Positions 35,965 to 57,376 of a stretch of 64,000 bases of DNA are shown piece after piece. The DNA is taken from positions 186,001 to 250,000 of the forward strand of contig CAVNZM010000013.1 in assembly GCA_963693365.1 (NCBI GenBank). Direction: 5' to 3'. The DNA is from Amoebidium appalachense (taxonomy: Eukaryota > Protista > Ichthyosporea). The notes beneath the pieces are model-generated. The model did not search any database. It worked only from the letters and a program-made list of their open reading frames with translations, and was not told where the DNA came from. A program made the position numbers and the translations under genes. How positions within the stretch are numbered: position 1 is the first letter of the stretch; the number at the start of each line of letters is the position of its first letter.

Positions 35965-36050
35965 CCAATCATCGTTTTTGGAATGTACAAAGCAAACTGT
36001 TGGCCCGTGGGTATAAAAGCAACTCGGCCTTTTGGCCCATGTCAATTCCA
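35965..36050 (+). promoter_or_regulatory. Core promoter of PAN-TSP1 paralogue 1 (CCAAT, TGGAATGT, TATA, Inr-like)
   Basis: CCAAT 35965-35969, TGGAATGT 35979-35986, TATAAAA 36012-36018, 'gtcaattcca' 36041-36050. Same order and near-identical spacing upstream of paralogue 2. Confidence 0.65.
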
Positions 36051-36116
36051 ACTCAGGGGCTGTACATGCACATGTTACTGTGACAACGGCCACGGACTAT
36101 CTATCACGTTTTCATC

Positions 36117-42511
<6,395 letters not shown>

Positions 42512-43159
42512 TAGAATATGCCAAGTTTCGTGCACACAAATTTTATTTTCGTTTTTTTTTTTTTTTTAAATTAAATATTTATAAGTCCCCGAGCTTTCAA
42601 GTTTAGGATTTTTCACCGTCACTGTAGTTTTAACTTACACCCGGTGGTGACTTAAATGTTTGAGCGGCTGCGAGCCTTCAGGGTCCGATCGAGTGAGTAT
42701 TTTCCACTGGCACACTAAGACACTGAGTTTCAACGTGCACATGATGTCGTGCATGCATGGCAAACAGCCGGATAAATAGTTCCATTAATGATATTATTTC
42801 TGAAAGCGTCATTCTTTAATGTATATACTAACTTAAAGCGGAAATTTGAAAGTTATGTATCATTATAGCCTTTAGCCTATTGAATAAAAAGGCCCATATT
42901 GAAATAATCATAAAGTACAAGGCCTACTGTACTATGCGTACGGTGGCCACAAAGGTTGGGCATCTGCTCAATCAGGTCGACCCAACTCCATAACAGTGAA
43001 GTAGAGAAGTCTTAGAGCGCCTGGGGACGGGGGGGGGGGGGGGGGGGGGGGGGGAGGGAGGGGGGGGGGGGGGGGGGGGGAGGGGGAGGAAGATAGAGCC
43101 ATTCATGCATATGAGAAACTAAACCCAATGGAGTCACAGAAAATTAATCAATTGGAAAT

Positions 43160-45030
43160 TTAACCGGGCTGAATTCGGAACGGTGCGGCGGGGAGGGAGG
43201 GAGGGGAAGGGGGGGGGGGTTGGGGGGAGGGGGTTAGGATGGGGGGGAACGGAGGGGGGAACGGGAGGGGGGGGGGGGTGGCTAATTCATTCTGGGTGTC
43301 TGTTGTGAATGTGACGTGTGTGTGTTGCGGTATTATGTGGTCTATCAAACTACATTTGGCGATACATGACCGGTTAAACTGGTGTGTGTGTGTGTGTTTT
43401 GGGCATGCAAATGATGCCACCTTATACTTATTAGATTTCCACTGTATAGCACGTGTACTGTAAAAGCGTGGTAATTGATCAATAATACCATCAGCTAGAG
43501 AAAGACCAGTTCTACAGGAAGGTAATATGTATTTAGGTGTTATACATTTGCGAGTGCCATATTTGGCAATATGGTTGAGGCGGTCAGTATATATAAAACG
43601 AGACATCAGGCTTAGTTTTTCAAGGTGTATGCTTTCATGGGGTCTAGTGTCGTGTGGTATCTTTTTCCATTTGTTATATTGCGTGATTATCTTGTGATTG
43701 TGTACATGTTTAATAAGTAAGTGGCAGTCCAAAGTCACACACACACTTTTGCGGGGTTTATTTGTATTTGTGCCCAGGGGAGAAGGGGAGAGAGAGGGAA
43801 GGAAAGAGGGGAGAGGTGAGGAGGGGACAGGTCGGATAGAGAAGAGAGGGTGGGAGGGCAAATACTTCTTTAAGCGGCTTATGTGCTTATTGAATTTCAG
43901 CGCGAGATAGGATACTCTAGCAGCTATTGGGACCAGACCATATATCGAGAGCGTTACAGGCCCAGGTTTACAACAGTTGTTAGATAGAAAGGAGGCAACT
44001 TCTGCTTCAAGGAAATTTGCCAAGGGTTTAAGCGCTCTAGTTCTCTCTTTCTTGATCCAAGCGGCGAGAAGGGGTAAACCATATTCACATGCCGGGAAGA
44101 CAAAAGTGCGAATAAATGTAAGTCTAATAGAAGGATGGAGGGGTGTGTCTTTAAAAATATTAGCCGAGAAGAAAGCTAACCGCTTACGAGCCAACTCTAC
44201 CCTCTTTTCGACCATATGGGAAAACATAACACCAACATAATTAACCGGAACACCAAGATATTTGTATTCTGGAACTATAGGTACAGGTTTAGATGATAAT
44301 GTAAATGTGTGTAAATTGTTAGCTATATCAGGTACAAGAACACCACATTTGTCTATGTTAAGGATCATAAGGTTTGCCTTGCACCACTCTGACACTACAT
44401 CGAACAATCTTTGCAGGCGTCTAGGGGTACGGGCAAGGAGGGACAGATCATCAGCATAGAGAAGTGCAGGCGGAAAGTTCTTAATAGGGTCATCGTTTTC
44501 GGCGTAAATCTTGACAGCCAAATCATCTATAAATAGGTTAAACAAAAAGGGGCTAAGCAATGAACCCTGCAAGAGACCTCTAGTACGAGCAAAACCATAT
44601 GAAAGATGCCCATTAACCACAGCTCTACCATTGGTTTGAGACAAGAGAGCTTCTAACAGAACACCAATGCAGTGTGGTACACCCCGTGCAGCGAGCTGTT
44701 ACCATAGGAGACCAGGGGAGACAGAATCGTAAGCATTTTTCCAATCAAAAAAGCCAACATATCGTGCACCAACTTGCATAGAATCGTGCAGTGCCATTAT
44801 TTGAACATAACATGAATTGTTTTTACGAAAAGCGGATTGGCATGGGTGTATGTGAAGAATAAATTGAAACCTAGGGTGATGTGCAAATAACCTAAGCAAG
44901 CAAGCTTCAAAGAATCTACGAACAACCTGGGTTAGTGTGATGGGGCGAAAGGATGATATGGGTGACACAATGGGGCCCTCAGAGTCCTTCTTAACTATGG
45001 GGATCACTAAGGTATCTAACCAAGATGACC
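43160..45030 (-). mobile_element. 5'-truncated non-LTR retrotransposon: reverse transcriptase ORF with one in-frame stop
   Basis: W..TLVIPIVKK...FRPITL...QSAFR...FFDWKNAYDSV (44699..45007), then an in-frame TAA at 44699-44701, then GLLQGSLLSPFLFNLFIDDL...LLYADD...KC...YKYLG (43160..44644). C-terminal CPKH..FNRSCIAKC motif. No endonuclease seen. Confidence 0.92.
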
Positions 45031-45304
45031 CCTGCAGAGCTGCAGGCCCTGAATCACCTGATTTTGCGATGGAAAGATATGAAATTCATGTGGCCCGGAA
45101 GCAAGACTCCATACCGCGATACGACCCGTTTTCTATCAGTCCTACATCCTGTGACAGATCGATGATCAGTATCGGCAGTATAAGTCTTGGCACCTACGTT
45201 TTCCCTTGGTCTGACAGTCCTCCCCCCCCCCCCTCCCCCCACCCCCCCCTTCCCGTGCTCCTCACACACACGCATACGCACACACACACTACACACGGTA
45301 ACAC

Positions 45305-45491
<187 letters not shown>

Positions 45492-45654
45492 TGTCACCCA
45501 CAAGCACCCACGCACACATACATACACACACATGTACACACGCATTAACTTAAGCTCAGGTGGTTGGTAGAGTTTTTAGAGAGAAGCCTGAGAGAGGAGA
45601 CTCGAAGGGAAAGGGTCTTTCCTCTGAGTGAGTGAGTGAGAGAGAGAAAGAGAC

Positions 45655-45838
<184 letters not shown>

Positions 45839-47469
45839 GGAGACTCAAGAGTCGACAGAGAGAGAGAGGAGAGAGAGTTCGGGGCTTCGGGCTCGTACGC
45901 ATGCCTGTCTGTGCACGTCTCGGGCACGTGCAGGGCCAGTGCTGAAACCCTTAGAAAATTGTGGCGAAGAGGAGCACTTTGACGTGACTCACGTGAGAAG
46001 TCACCTAAAGTTTTGAGGAGGAACGGCCAAGAAGAATGGCCACCAAAAGACATGCCCCTTCGTAGTTGTAAGTGTGATAATTAGATGCACCTCCTATAAA
46101 TTTGGAGGTTTACAAATTGACTAAATCAGGTATATGTGCACAGTGAGAAGGTCGGTTCTAGAAGGCAAGCAACATTACTAAGTTATGTCTGTAGGCTAAA
46201 TCTTAGATGTCCGATCCGAGGCATGAGACTATGACGGCTCGAGCCCAATCACTTTCAGGACAGTATGACTCGGAGTCTCGTTGTAACAACTTAATTGGTA
46301 TTTGGAAAATTCCACAGATCTATGTAGGGTAAAGGTAACTTGGCGTTCAGTTGGCCGGGGTGTTTACATTTTGCTCCTTTCCAGAAGGATCTGCCGTTTT
46401 GCAGTTTATTCTACATACGAGACGTGCGCTGTGTTTTGCGCGTGCCGTAACGTTGGGCGTCACGAGTCCGACGGTTACACTGTGGCCTGCCATGGCAACT
46501 GGAACGTTTTTACGTGTAGGCGATCTTACCCGACGGCATATATATAGGTCTGCACGTCTTTTTTTTCAAATATATGGCGCGAGTTTGGGTTTTTTAAGAA
46601 TAAAAGGTTGCTGCCTGTACAGCTGACAGGCACAGCACTTGCTATTTGCTTCTGAAGTCTGGGGAAGCCACCGTCTTTCAGAAGGCGTGCGACAGGCATG
46701 CAGGAATGCGAGAAACCCACTTTATTTTATCTGCTAGATACCTAGCCCCCCCGATACTTCTCTGATTGGGGTCTTTGTTTTGACAAGGCAAACTTTACAG
46801 ACTCAGTAGTAATTGATTACAATTAGGTTGACAGGCTTCAAGATTAAAAATAATACATTAGAAGTTCAATATTGCAAGAAATGAAGTAATGATAGAACTA
46901 CGATTTTTTGATATCCTAAACCATCACATGGACCGGCTTTGGTTACAAATTGAATCATTTCCAGTCAAAAGAAAAATCTTGGCGCTGAAAGAGTTCGACG
47001 ATTTTCAGGGTACTGTGCTGCGCACTTTGTTTCGTACTCGGTTTGTGCCTCCCTTAATCAGTATGTTTGGATTGTCGTCTGCTGGTTGTCGTATGGAGGA
47101 ATTGTCTCTTCGTTTTTGTTTTTTGACCACTTTAGACTTTTTGTTGAATTCTGTTGGTCGTCACATTGAGTATTTATATGATTTTCACTCAGTGTTCAGG
47201 TATCTCAGTATGCACTTGTTACTGGATAACTCGTGAAGTTTTTTATTATCTTCTCAGTATGCCGTGCATACTCGCATATCTTTCCGACGAATAAATCCAG
47301 TCAAAAGAAGAAAATCTTTCTATATTTTTATCAATTTTTGTTGGGGGTGGAGGGGGAACCTGAACCAAAAAGTTCTCGACATTGGCAAGAACTTGACAAT
47401 TATTAAAAAGCTTCACTGTAGACTGCGTACACACGTGTGTACGTGTATGTGGGTGGGTGTGGGTGTCTG

Positions 47470-47512
<43 letters not shown>

Positions 47513-48561
47513 GGGAGGGACGGAGGGAGAGGGGTGGTTCTGGGCGTTGTTGATTCGAATTCGTTTCGAACACCTGATATATATGAATATCAGTGGCTGA
47601 TTAGATCTAACCGGGGCTAAGCACGTGCGGCGTCGGACTCAAAACGGCACATCACGACGGCAGCCGATAGGCCGCGGCCTACAAAGTCGAAAGTGCAGGG
47701 CTGCAGGCTGTGAAATTAGCCTGGTTTAGGGCCGGTCAGGAATTGCCCCTGAAAGTGCTGGTTTATTGTCCCTGACTTCTTGAGGTTAGACTTAGACCCA
47801 TCGGTTTTTCAAAAATTGGCCCTAAACGGGCCAAATATATAAGAAAATACACCTAAAAACGGTTGTTGGCTTTATTAGGGCCATCCAGGCTGATGGAAAG
47901 TTGCCCAAATGGCACAAGCCAAAACTTTCACACCCTGCATCTGTGTTCTGACCAGGTTGCAGCCAGAAATTACAGTGCCACTTAGACCTAAAAACGCCAT
48001 CTGAAATCCGAAAAAAGCCACTTGACTTTGAGGATCAGGTCCACTGAACTCAGGGCCAGTGGACATAAACACTGTAATACATATATAAGTAACCCAGTGG
48101 AGTGGAAGTAGAATATAGGCAAAGTTGCCAAAACATATATGCCCCACCTTTTAAACAAGCCACCACTCCTAAAACATATTTCAAGCCCTGGTTCTGACCC
48201 TCCTCAAGCTTTATCAACTTAGGTATTTGTGGGATAAATAAATATGAATACCAGCGAATCTTATCGGACGGGGACCTTCTCATACCGTATTCAAGTGCTG
48301 CTCTCGCGCATTTACCAAAAATAAAACATATAGAAAAACTCACTAGGGCGGATAAACCAGAAAAACAAAATTTACGGAACTTTGACACAGCCAAGACAAG
48401 GCTTGGTAGTGCCCCGGCGAACGGGAACTGGGGTTTTCCCCAGGGCTATGTACTAGATAGGTAACGCCACAACTTGTCACAACCGTTTGTTCTAAAATAA
48501 TTTAGTACGCTCTGATTGGTTGACCTCTCGCGACCAGCGCTGACCGCCATAAGCATATCAG

Positions 48562-48640
48562 CCAATCATCGACGTTGGAATGTGTTGAACAAAACCGCGG
48601 GTATATAGGCAGCGTGGTTGTCTGGGTAATGTCAATTCCA
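48562..48640 (+). promoter_or_regulatory. Core promoter of PAN-TSP1 paralogue 2
   Basis: CCAAT 48562-48566, TGGAATGT 48576-48583, TATATAG 48602-48608, 'gtcaattcca' 48631-48640. Confidence 0.65.
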
Positions 48641-48683
48641 ACGAGTGGAGTTGTTATTCACGTTTACACCAGCTGTTTACAGT

Positions 48684-51316
48684 ATGTCGTGTCTCCGAAA
48701 CGCCGCGGAGCCGGCACGCTGTGCCCGTGTTAGTTCGCTCCTAACCGTGTCGTTTGTTGTGCTGAGTGCATGCACTAACCAGGCCTCCGCGCAGGAAGGT
48801 GCGTCTTTCTTTATCTGGCACAAAGCTTTCGAGTATGGCCCCCTGTACATGTGTGCGTGTGGGGCCGGAGTAGTGTTGCAGATGTAGTGGTAGATAAACT
48901 GCACACCAAACAGTACGTTATTATCATGGCCAAGGGGGTTGAAATACACTTGTTCATCCATGCATAAGCATATTATGTTGCATCGGCTACCCGGGTTGGT
49001 GGTGATTTGAAAAGCGTGTGTATCACAATATAACATGTTGCATTCGTTGAATTCGGCTTCCTGCGACAGTGTGTGTGTAGGTCTGTGAGTGTGTATGTGT
49101 GTGTGTTATTGTCCAGGTAGTAACACACTCCCCTTTTGAACAGCCTACCGGACCGATGCTTTCTGCATTCCAACCCCGGGTGTTCAGCAAACTACCACCA
49201 ACGTCCCCGGCATCAAAACTGCACAAGCGTGCATCGATAAGTGTAAAACATCGACTTCACTCTGTCGGTTTGCAACCTTCTGGCCCAAAACAAAACTTTG
49301 TGTTATTTCCAGCCTTTGTGACAACACGAGGCCGGTCCAAGGCAGCACGGTCTATCCAGGTACTATATTGCTGACAGTACATGAAATTTGCATAGCACAA
49401 AACTTAATGATATGATATGCTGCATCGAGACCTAGCTTGAAGATTACGGCGCGGCATGGTACTTAGACAAGTTAATATATGCTGCATCGAGACCTAGCTT
49501 GAAGGCTACAGCATGGTACCTGGGCAAGTTAAGCATTGAGTTGTCGCCAGAAAAAGACTTGACACGCTCGTTTTATGGCCACTGGCCATGCACCTACGTG
49601 ATAAAATTCTAATATCAACTACCACACAGTTCAACAGACACCCCAAGGAACGTGGACTGAGTGGTCGTTCCAGCCCTGCACCAAGACCTGTGGCAATGGG
49701 GCACGTGTAGGCACCCGCAAGTGTGTGGGTACCGGCAGCTGTTCTGGCAAGAGTGTAACAGCGGAGGCCTGCAACACATCACCTTGCCGTAAGTCTTTGA
49801 CTCATGTCACAATTTTTCCTCTTAATCGTTCTCTCCGGAGTAGGCTGGTCACTTCCTGTGTGTAAATAAGTCTTTCAGAATCTGACAGTGTGGGAGACTT
49901 TCCAAAGCTATTCTGTTTAATACTTTCAACCACTTCAACCAGCTGTATGTCCCGAAGGTTTTCTTAGTTATGATAGCGGCAATTTAAATACCGTGACACA
50001 GTACAGTATTGATCTTGTTTCTTTTCTTTCAGGTCCAGCGGCATCGTGGAGTGCCTGGTCCTTCCAGTCATGCAGCAAAACGTGTGGTGGCGGTAGTCGC
50101 ACAGGCACGCGCACGTGCTCACAGGCTAGAGCCTGTGCCGGAAGCAGCACTATGTCGGAGAAATGCAACACGGCACCCTGTCCTGGTAAGGCACCTCGGC
50201 ATTTGCAAAGTTGCCCTCTACAACCCACAAAGTTTTCAAAAGCAACACTGCCGCACCGCACCCTTTTTGGTGAACTGGATGCCCTACCTTGACACATGAA
50301 TGCTCGGATATTAACCCTCTCCTCTTCCCTGTAAATCCAACAGCATCGTGGAGTGCCTGGTCCTTCCAACAATGCAGCGCCACCTGTGGGGGCGGTACCC
50401 GCACAGGCACACGCACATGCCAGGGTACGGGCTGTTCTGGAAGCGCCACCACGACGGAGAATTGCAACACCGCCGCGTGCCCTGGTAAGTCCATGAGTGG
50501 AATCATTTCTTTACCTCCCCACACCATGAACGATCCTCTTAGCTACAGCCAGAGGTAGTAGTAGTAGTGTCATTGTCAGATTATATATTTTACTCTCACT
50601 GCTCAAGAGTAATTCAATGCAATTCAATGATCAATTACGAATCAATTATATATACCTTGAAAAACAAAATGGCAGAAGTAATACTCCCATGTCACTAACA
50701 CCACATCCCCCCCCCCCCCCCCCATCCATTCAATAGTCGATCCAGGAACCTGCCTTTCCGTTGGCGCCTACACGGACTGGAGTGATTGGTCGCCCTGCTG
50801 TGGTGGCACCCGAGGGAGAGTCCGCAAGTGCAGCGTCACATACGCGAGGACTGGCATCACCACCCCTGATACGTCCGTGTACTTCGACAGCGAGACATGC
50901 ACGGCCGTCGGAACGGAAAAGTGCGGTAAGTACTCTTGAACCTGACCACACAAAGCTTTTGTTTCATATGCCCACAGTTTCATTTATTTTCAGTCTCCGT
51001 CCCTAACATACGCACTTTCAGCCTATCTTTGGCAATGCATGTTCTCTTTGTTTAGGACATCTTCTTAAATATTCCACGTTGCCTACGAGCCATTTTACTT
51101 TCGCTCTATGCACTTTTATTGACTGTGGCTTTTTTCCCCAGGCAAATACCGCACATTCAACCCCACAGGGGGTGCATTGGCTGAGACCGAGTTCAGAGTG
51201 GGTGTGGCTGCCAACGGGGAGTTGCGCATCGCAAACATCCCCGCATATATACTCCAGCTGTCGTCATTGTAAGTGTACATCAAGCAGTCACATGCACACA
51301 CACCCCTCCCCCCCCT

Positions 51317-51347
<31 letters not shown>

Positions 51348-53269
51348 CCCCCATATCTGCCTCCACCTGCCTGAGGGGTCCCTATGCAAGGGGTTATCAT
51401 ATGATTGTCAGTTGTTCTAAATGTGAATTTAAGAAAGGTTTAATATCACTGGTGTAGAGTTGTCATTCAGTTGAACTAAGCATACTTAAGTTTGATGTGT
51501 TTGCCCATGTTGTCATTTCAGTTGCACTAAGCATAGTTGCTGCCTCCACCCACACAGGTACTTGCACCCGTACGAGAATTGCAGTCCAAGTTTCACTGGC
51601 TGCGCCTATGGATTCGCCAACATCGCCAAGGCAGATGTCACCACATTCCAGGACAACTTCTTCTGGCCTTTCTACCCTTCCGGCACAGTAAGCTACATGT
51701 GAGTAACAAACCTTTTGAGTGTGGTTAGTGTAGTTATGAATGGAAACGTGCAAGGGGGGGAGGGGGGGGGGGGGGGGGGGTTTCACGGTGTGATATCGGA
51801 AGCAGGTTAGGAACTTTTGCTTATGATTCTGTCGTTGAGCCAGGTTATCGTACTCGAACTGCACTGCTGCAGAGTTATTAAGAGGGAACACGAGACAGAG
51901 GAGAAAATTTGGGGGGAGGGGGGAAGGGGGAAGGGGAAGACGCGATCCCTGATTTTGAGCGATATCTTTTGTGTACCGCATGTGTGATAATGACCAGACC
52001 CAACCATTTTTCCAGAAAATTCGCCACGTTTGATTTGACTACGATGCCGACCTCGACCTTTCAACTCCACAGCATGAGAACTCTGTAAGTTCCCCGCCTC
52101 TCTCTCTCTCCCTCTCCCCCCTCTCTCCCCCCCCCCCCCCCCCCCCCCCTGCCCCCCTCCCTCCCAGTAGTGTGTCTCTAGCTCTCTCCCTCCGTCTTCC
52201 CCCCTCTCTCCCAGTCGTCTTCCCCCCCCCCCCCCCCCCCCCACCCACCCACCCACCCACCCACCCCCAACCCCCCTATCGTCAATTTTAGATGACACAC
52301 TCCCCCCCTCCCCCCTCCCCCTCTCTTCCCCCCCCCCCCCCCTCCCCCCCTCCGCCCCTCCGCCCCTCAATGTCTTAGTCACTGCACTACTGCCTACGAG
52401 ATGATGTTTAGATCGGAGCTTTGATGCTCACTCGCACATTACCCCCACAACAGATATGTTACCGACATCTGTAGCGCGTCCACAACGGCAATGAACTGGT
52501 GTTCTCTCTCAACAAATCCCAACCTGTCCAAGTACAGTGCCAGCCCCTTCACCCCCCTTCACCCCCCCCCCCCCCCCCCCCCCTCCCTCCCTCATCCCCG
52601 ACCTCCCTCTCCCTCCCCTCCATGTCCCTCCTTCCCCCCGATCTCCTTGCCTGGCTCCTTTCTATCCAAAACACCATACCTTACATACACAAATTAGACC
52701 ACTGCACATCTACTATGATTGATACACCCAACATCAATATCTGATCACCACTGCACATCTACTATCATTGATACACCCAACATCAATATCTGAGCACCAC
52801 TGAGACCACTGCACATCTACTATGATTGATACACCCAACATCAATATCTGATCACCACTGCACATCTACTATCATTGATACACCCAACATCAATATCTGA
52901 GCACCACTGCACATCTACTATGATTGATACACCCAACATCAATATCTGAGCCACATTGTATCATATGATGTCATGGCTCAGTACGCTATCTGGCTTGCGC
53001 TGAGAGCGCACGAGGTCTTGTTTTTTGTTCTGGGAGAACCTAACAATATTATGCCATCTCCGGATCTAATACATACTTGTGGCTAACACTGCCTGTGTTC
53101 CATAATGCAGCATCAGATCTAATACATACTTGTGGCTAACACTGCCTGTGTTCCATAATGCAGCATCAGAATCTACACCAAGGACAAGACGACATTTTAT
53201 GACAAGGTCGCCGTCAATTCGCAGTGCCCTACGGTCGCTGCAAGAATCACTTCAAGCGCGTGCACATAA
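48684..53269 (+). CDS. Secreted PAN/apple-like + 4x TSP1 protein with unrecognised C-terminal domain (paralogue 2, ~495-497 aa)
   Basis: Exons: 48684-48798; 49144-49359; 49630-49788; 50033(or 50039)-50185; 50344-50484; 50737-50925; 51142-51268; 51558-51698; 52016-52084; 52454-52531; 53164-53269. Open frame, intron positions and phases identical to paralogue 1, all domain Cys/Trp conserved. Confidence 0.88.
52698..52951. repeat. 49-bp tandem repeat, 5 units
   Basis: 'accactgcacatctactat(g/c)attgatacacccaacatcaatatctga(t/g)c' at 52698, 52747, 52805, 52854 and 52903. Confidence 0.92.
53063..53168 (+). repeat. Perfect 53-bp tandem duplication of the branch point and 3' splice site
   Basis: 'gatctaatacatacttgtggctaacactgcctgtgttccataatgcagcatca' at 53063 and 53116. 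Confidence 0.92.
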
Positions 53270-53827
53270 ATTTTAATTGATTTTTAGTTTTTATTTCACC
53301 CGTGTTTCAGTTATTTCCGTTGTTTACATCCCCTAGTTCTAGTAGCTGCAATTTTATTTTATTTTCCATATGTACGTGCCCTAAGCTCACATATCATACA
53401 TACACTGAAGACTATGATATGATAGCTACAGTTGTAGAAGACTACGCAATACTTACAAAGTCTTGAGATGATTGGCTACTTACGTGAAAACGGTTAAAAA
53501 GCCCGTATATGGAATGCCTCGAGGATGGTGGATGTCGTGATTAAAATATAGAAACTGCACCTGTGCATTATTGAACCATATTGAAACACAAGTACAAAAA
53601 AAAGTTTAAAACGGAAAAATACTTGCCGCTGGCCGGTTGGTGACGAAACTTAGTGGTTGAATTTTCAAATGTACTATAAATGGCCAGACTGTAACGCGCT
53701 GGCTTCCAGATCAGGGCAAATAATAAATGTTCCAAATCTACGAGCCCTTCATTGGAATCGCCATGCAGTTCTTTGCTGCCAAATGCTTTCTTCATTCTTT
53801 CCCCCCTCCCCCTCCCCCTCCCTCCCT

Positions 53828-53948
<121 letters not shown>

Positions 53949-54052
53949 CTGTTTCTCTCACGGCCGTCTCCAAAAATTCTATTCTTTCTATCTTAAGTAA
54001 TACCCTTACATATTGGTAGCACCAATATCCCTGCGACGTTTCTCTCCCTCTT

Positions 54053-54098
<46 letters not shown>

Positions 54099-54256
54099 CG
54101 AGGCTCCCTCTCTCTCTCTCTCCCCTCCCCCCTCTCCCCCTCTTCCTTCCCCCATCAACCCCACGCCTCCCCTCTCCCGGCCCCCCCGCCTCCCCCCTCC
54201 CCCCCGCCCATCCTCTCTTCCCCGCCTACCCCCCTCCCCCCCCCCCCCTTCCTCCC

Positions 54257-54287
<31 letters not shown>

Positions 54288-55269
54288 CCCCCATCCTTCC
54301 CTCGTGTTGCTCCCCCACGAGGGACAATGTCATCCGCCAACTCATACTTCGCGCTCGGTAACAAATTTTATCAATCCCCACCCATCCGGATCCACATACG
54401 CATGCCGTCTGCCTATAAGAATACGCTGGTGGCCGATTGGGGTTTTTTTTTAGCCTTGTGCGGGCCTAGGGTGCGGGGCCGTATTTTTGGATGTTCTTAG
54501 TGGCGGATCGCCAGTTGAGTTTTGTATGGAGGCCGTTTCGAGCACTAGTGGTGGAGTGCATGAAGGGGGAGGTCACTGTGTTGGATACCGATTACATACT
54601 ATACTAGACGATGCCATTACAATGTTAACTCTTGTCAACTTATGGAGTGAATGCATAAATAACCTAAGGAAAATTAATATAGAGATCTCTAGAGAGTAGG
54701 TCTTTAGACAGAACTAAACAGGTGGGACAGACACGAGTTGACATAGTTTGATCCAATGCGAGGGAGGCACAAGTTCCGCACCATACACAACATTGCATGA
54801 CCCGTGATACTGGGGGTGTGGTTAAACTTTGATATACTCTAATATCACCCAGATCCGACTCGTCATCTGGTCGCCGCTCCAGCCAATGGAAAGTGGGCTG
54901 TGCCAAACAGCCAATAGAACCACGTATTCGCTAATGATTATGTGAATCCACGTCCAGCCAATGGACTCGCCCCGTACAATATATTAAATGCCATAAATTG
55001 AAAATAACAAAGATAAACTGCATTATTATGGTATTGTATATAACTATGAGCGAAGAAAGCACATGACCAAACCAAGATATCATGTCAATAACAGAGATAA
55101 ACTACTAAACAAGATAAATAGAGACGGACTCTATGAAACAGCGAAACCATGACATTGTTCATGACAAAACTAATTAATAAGTAACGAACCAAGCCTTGTG
55201 TGCACAAGGAAACCGAATGATCCTACATGCAGGTCATGCATCTCAGCAATCATTCGAGGATAAACCAAT

Positions 55270-55296
55270 ATGAAGGTTTGATTTTGCATTTGAATT

Positions 55297-55346
<50 letters not shown>

Positions 55347-55694
55347 AGGGGGTAGTATATATCGACGTTCCCCTGGCGGTACCCCACTCCCCCCTGCTCC
55401 GGAGGGGAGGGGGAGGGGGGAGGGGAGGGAAGGACCCACCTGAGCGAGTGGGGTGGTTGGTCCCCCCCCCCTCGTCCCCCCCCCCCCCCCTCCCCCCCCT
55501 CCCCCCCTGCCCCTACCCCCCCCTCCTCCCGCCCGGTGGGCCGCGCGCAGTGCACCAGATCGTGACCAGGTTTTTCTTCCATTCACCAACAGACAATTGT
55601 ATTCGTTGCTTTTCTTTTTTTTTTTTTTCTTTTTCTTTGAGGAATGGCTTCTGTCTATTCCCTCCCCCCCATCGGGTCTTCCCCCAACACAAAT

Positions 55695-55727
<33 letters not shown>

Positions 55728-55755
55728 CACACAGACACACACACACACACACCGT

Positions 55756-55841
<86 letters not shown>

Positions 55842-56467
55842 GCACAGTGTCACACTTCCCACCCCTTCGTGCTGGTGCTTTTCTTCAGAATTACTCTTTT
55901 TGTGCTCTTTGCAAGACCTGCTCAGTGTGTTTTCAGCAGTAAATGTGTATTATATGCTTATAAAGTTTTTAACCCCCCCCCCCCCCCCCCGGCCCTCCCC
56001 GCCTCACTCCCTCCTCTCTCTCCCCCCCCCCCCCTCAACCCCCCCCCCCCCCCGGGCTCCCTCCCCCCCCTTCCTCCCTCACCCTGCTCTTTTACACAGG
56101 TAATTGCACGTGCACGGGTGCGCGCATGCGCAAGCACACACACCCACATGCGCGCGCACGCGCAAACACGCACACAAACGTTACGATGAACTAAGTCTAA
56201 AATGATGATTCATGAGCATTGGGGGCAAGGTTATCGTGCTCACAGTGCAGTGTGCGCATCTGTGTGGCGGAAAATGCATGACATTGTGACAAGTGTGGTG
56301 TAGGTTTGTGTATTTGCATGTTCGTGCATATGTTAAATGCTCGTCGCCGGTTAAAGTTTGTGCACCTCGCGTGCGTGAGTGGTACATGTGTGTGCAGGTA
56401 GGTGAGAATTAGATATGTGTGCAAAAGTGTGCGTGTGATTGGATATGAGTGTGATGCCGGGAAGTGG

Positions 56468-56505
<38 letters not shown>

Positions 56506-56949
56506 GTGGGGAGCGGGGGGGGGGGGAGGGGGGGGGGGGGGGGGGGAAGGGGGTGTGGAGGTACTGAGTATGACCGTATGCCATATAGCATGAGTTTTGG
56601 GTGATCATGAAGGAATCTTATTGGTTAGCGTTAGCCTGAATGTTAAAGTTGTGGCATTGTATGCCCACCGCTGCGAATTTATAGTGCTATTATGTGACCA
56701 AATGATCTGATATAGTCACAATCTCATGATGCCAGCCTATGTACTAAGGTGGGTGGTGCCCCCCCCCCCTCCCCCCCCCCCCCCCCCCCACCATTTCCAC
56801 CTGCTCGCCGGGGGGGTTGGGGGGGGGGGGGGGGGGGGGGGGAGGACCCACCTGTCCAAAGCCCAGCCCCCCCCCCCCCCCCCCCCCCCCCCTCCCTCCC
56901 CCCGAGCTACTACTATCCGCCTCCCCGTTATTTCAAAATGAAAACTCCC
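55270..56949. mobile_element. Second, more expanded copy of the 30589-31892 non-autonomous TIR element
   Basis: Shared ordered landmarks with 30589-31892. Right end 'ctactacta.ccgcctccccgttatttcaaaatgaaaactccc'; left end degraded. Confidence 0.6.
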
Positions 56950-57085
56950 TAACAAAGCCTTGCGATCGCGACCAGCAAGCATGCACAATCGGAAACGTGT
57001 GTGCATGCTCATGTACACAATGAGAGGGCCCGGGAGGGGCAGAGAGAAATTAAACATATGTGCATGTGTGTATGTTCATGTGTGC

Positions 57086-57212
<127 letters not shown>

Positions 57213-57248
57213 CGCACACACGCGTTAACGTACCTGTGTGTGTGCGCC

Positions 57249-57376
<128 letters not shown>

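Noticed and set aside
46889-47236. 115-aa ORF MIELRFFDIL...
   Set aside because: It overlaps a dispersed repeat, has no recognisable motif, and the other copies do not suggest coding constraint.
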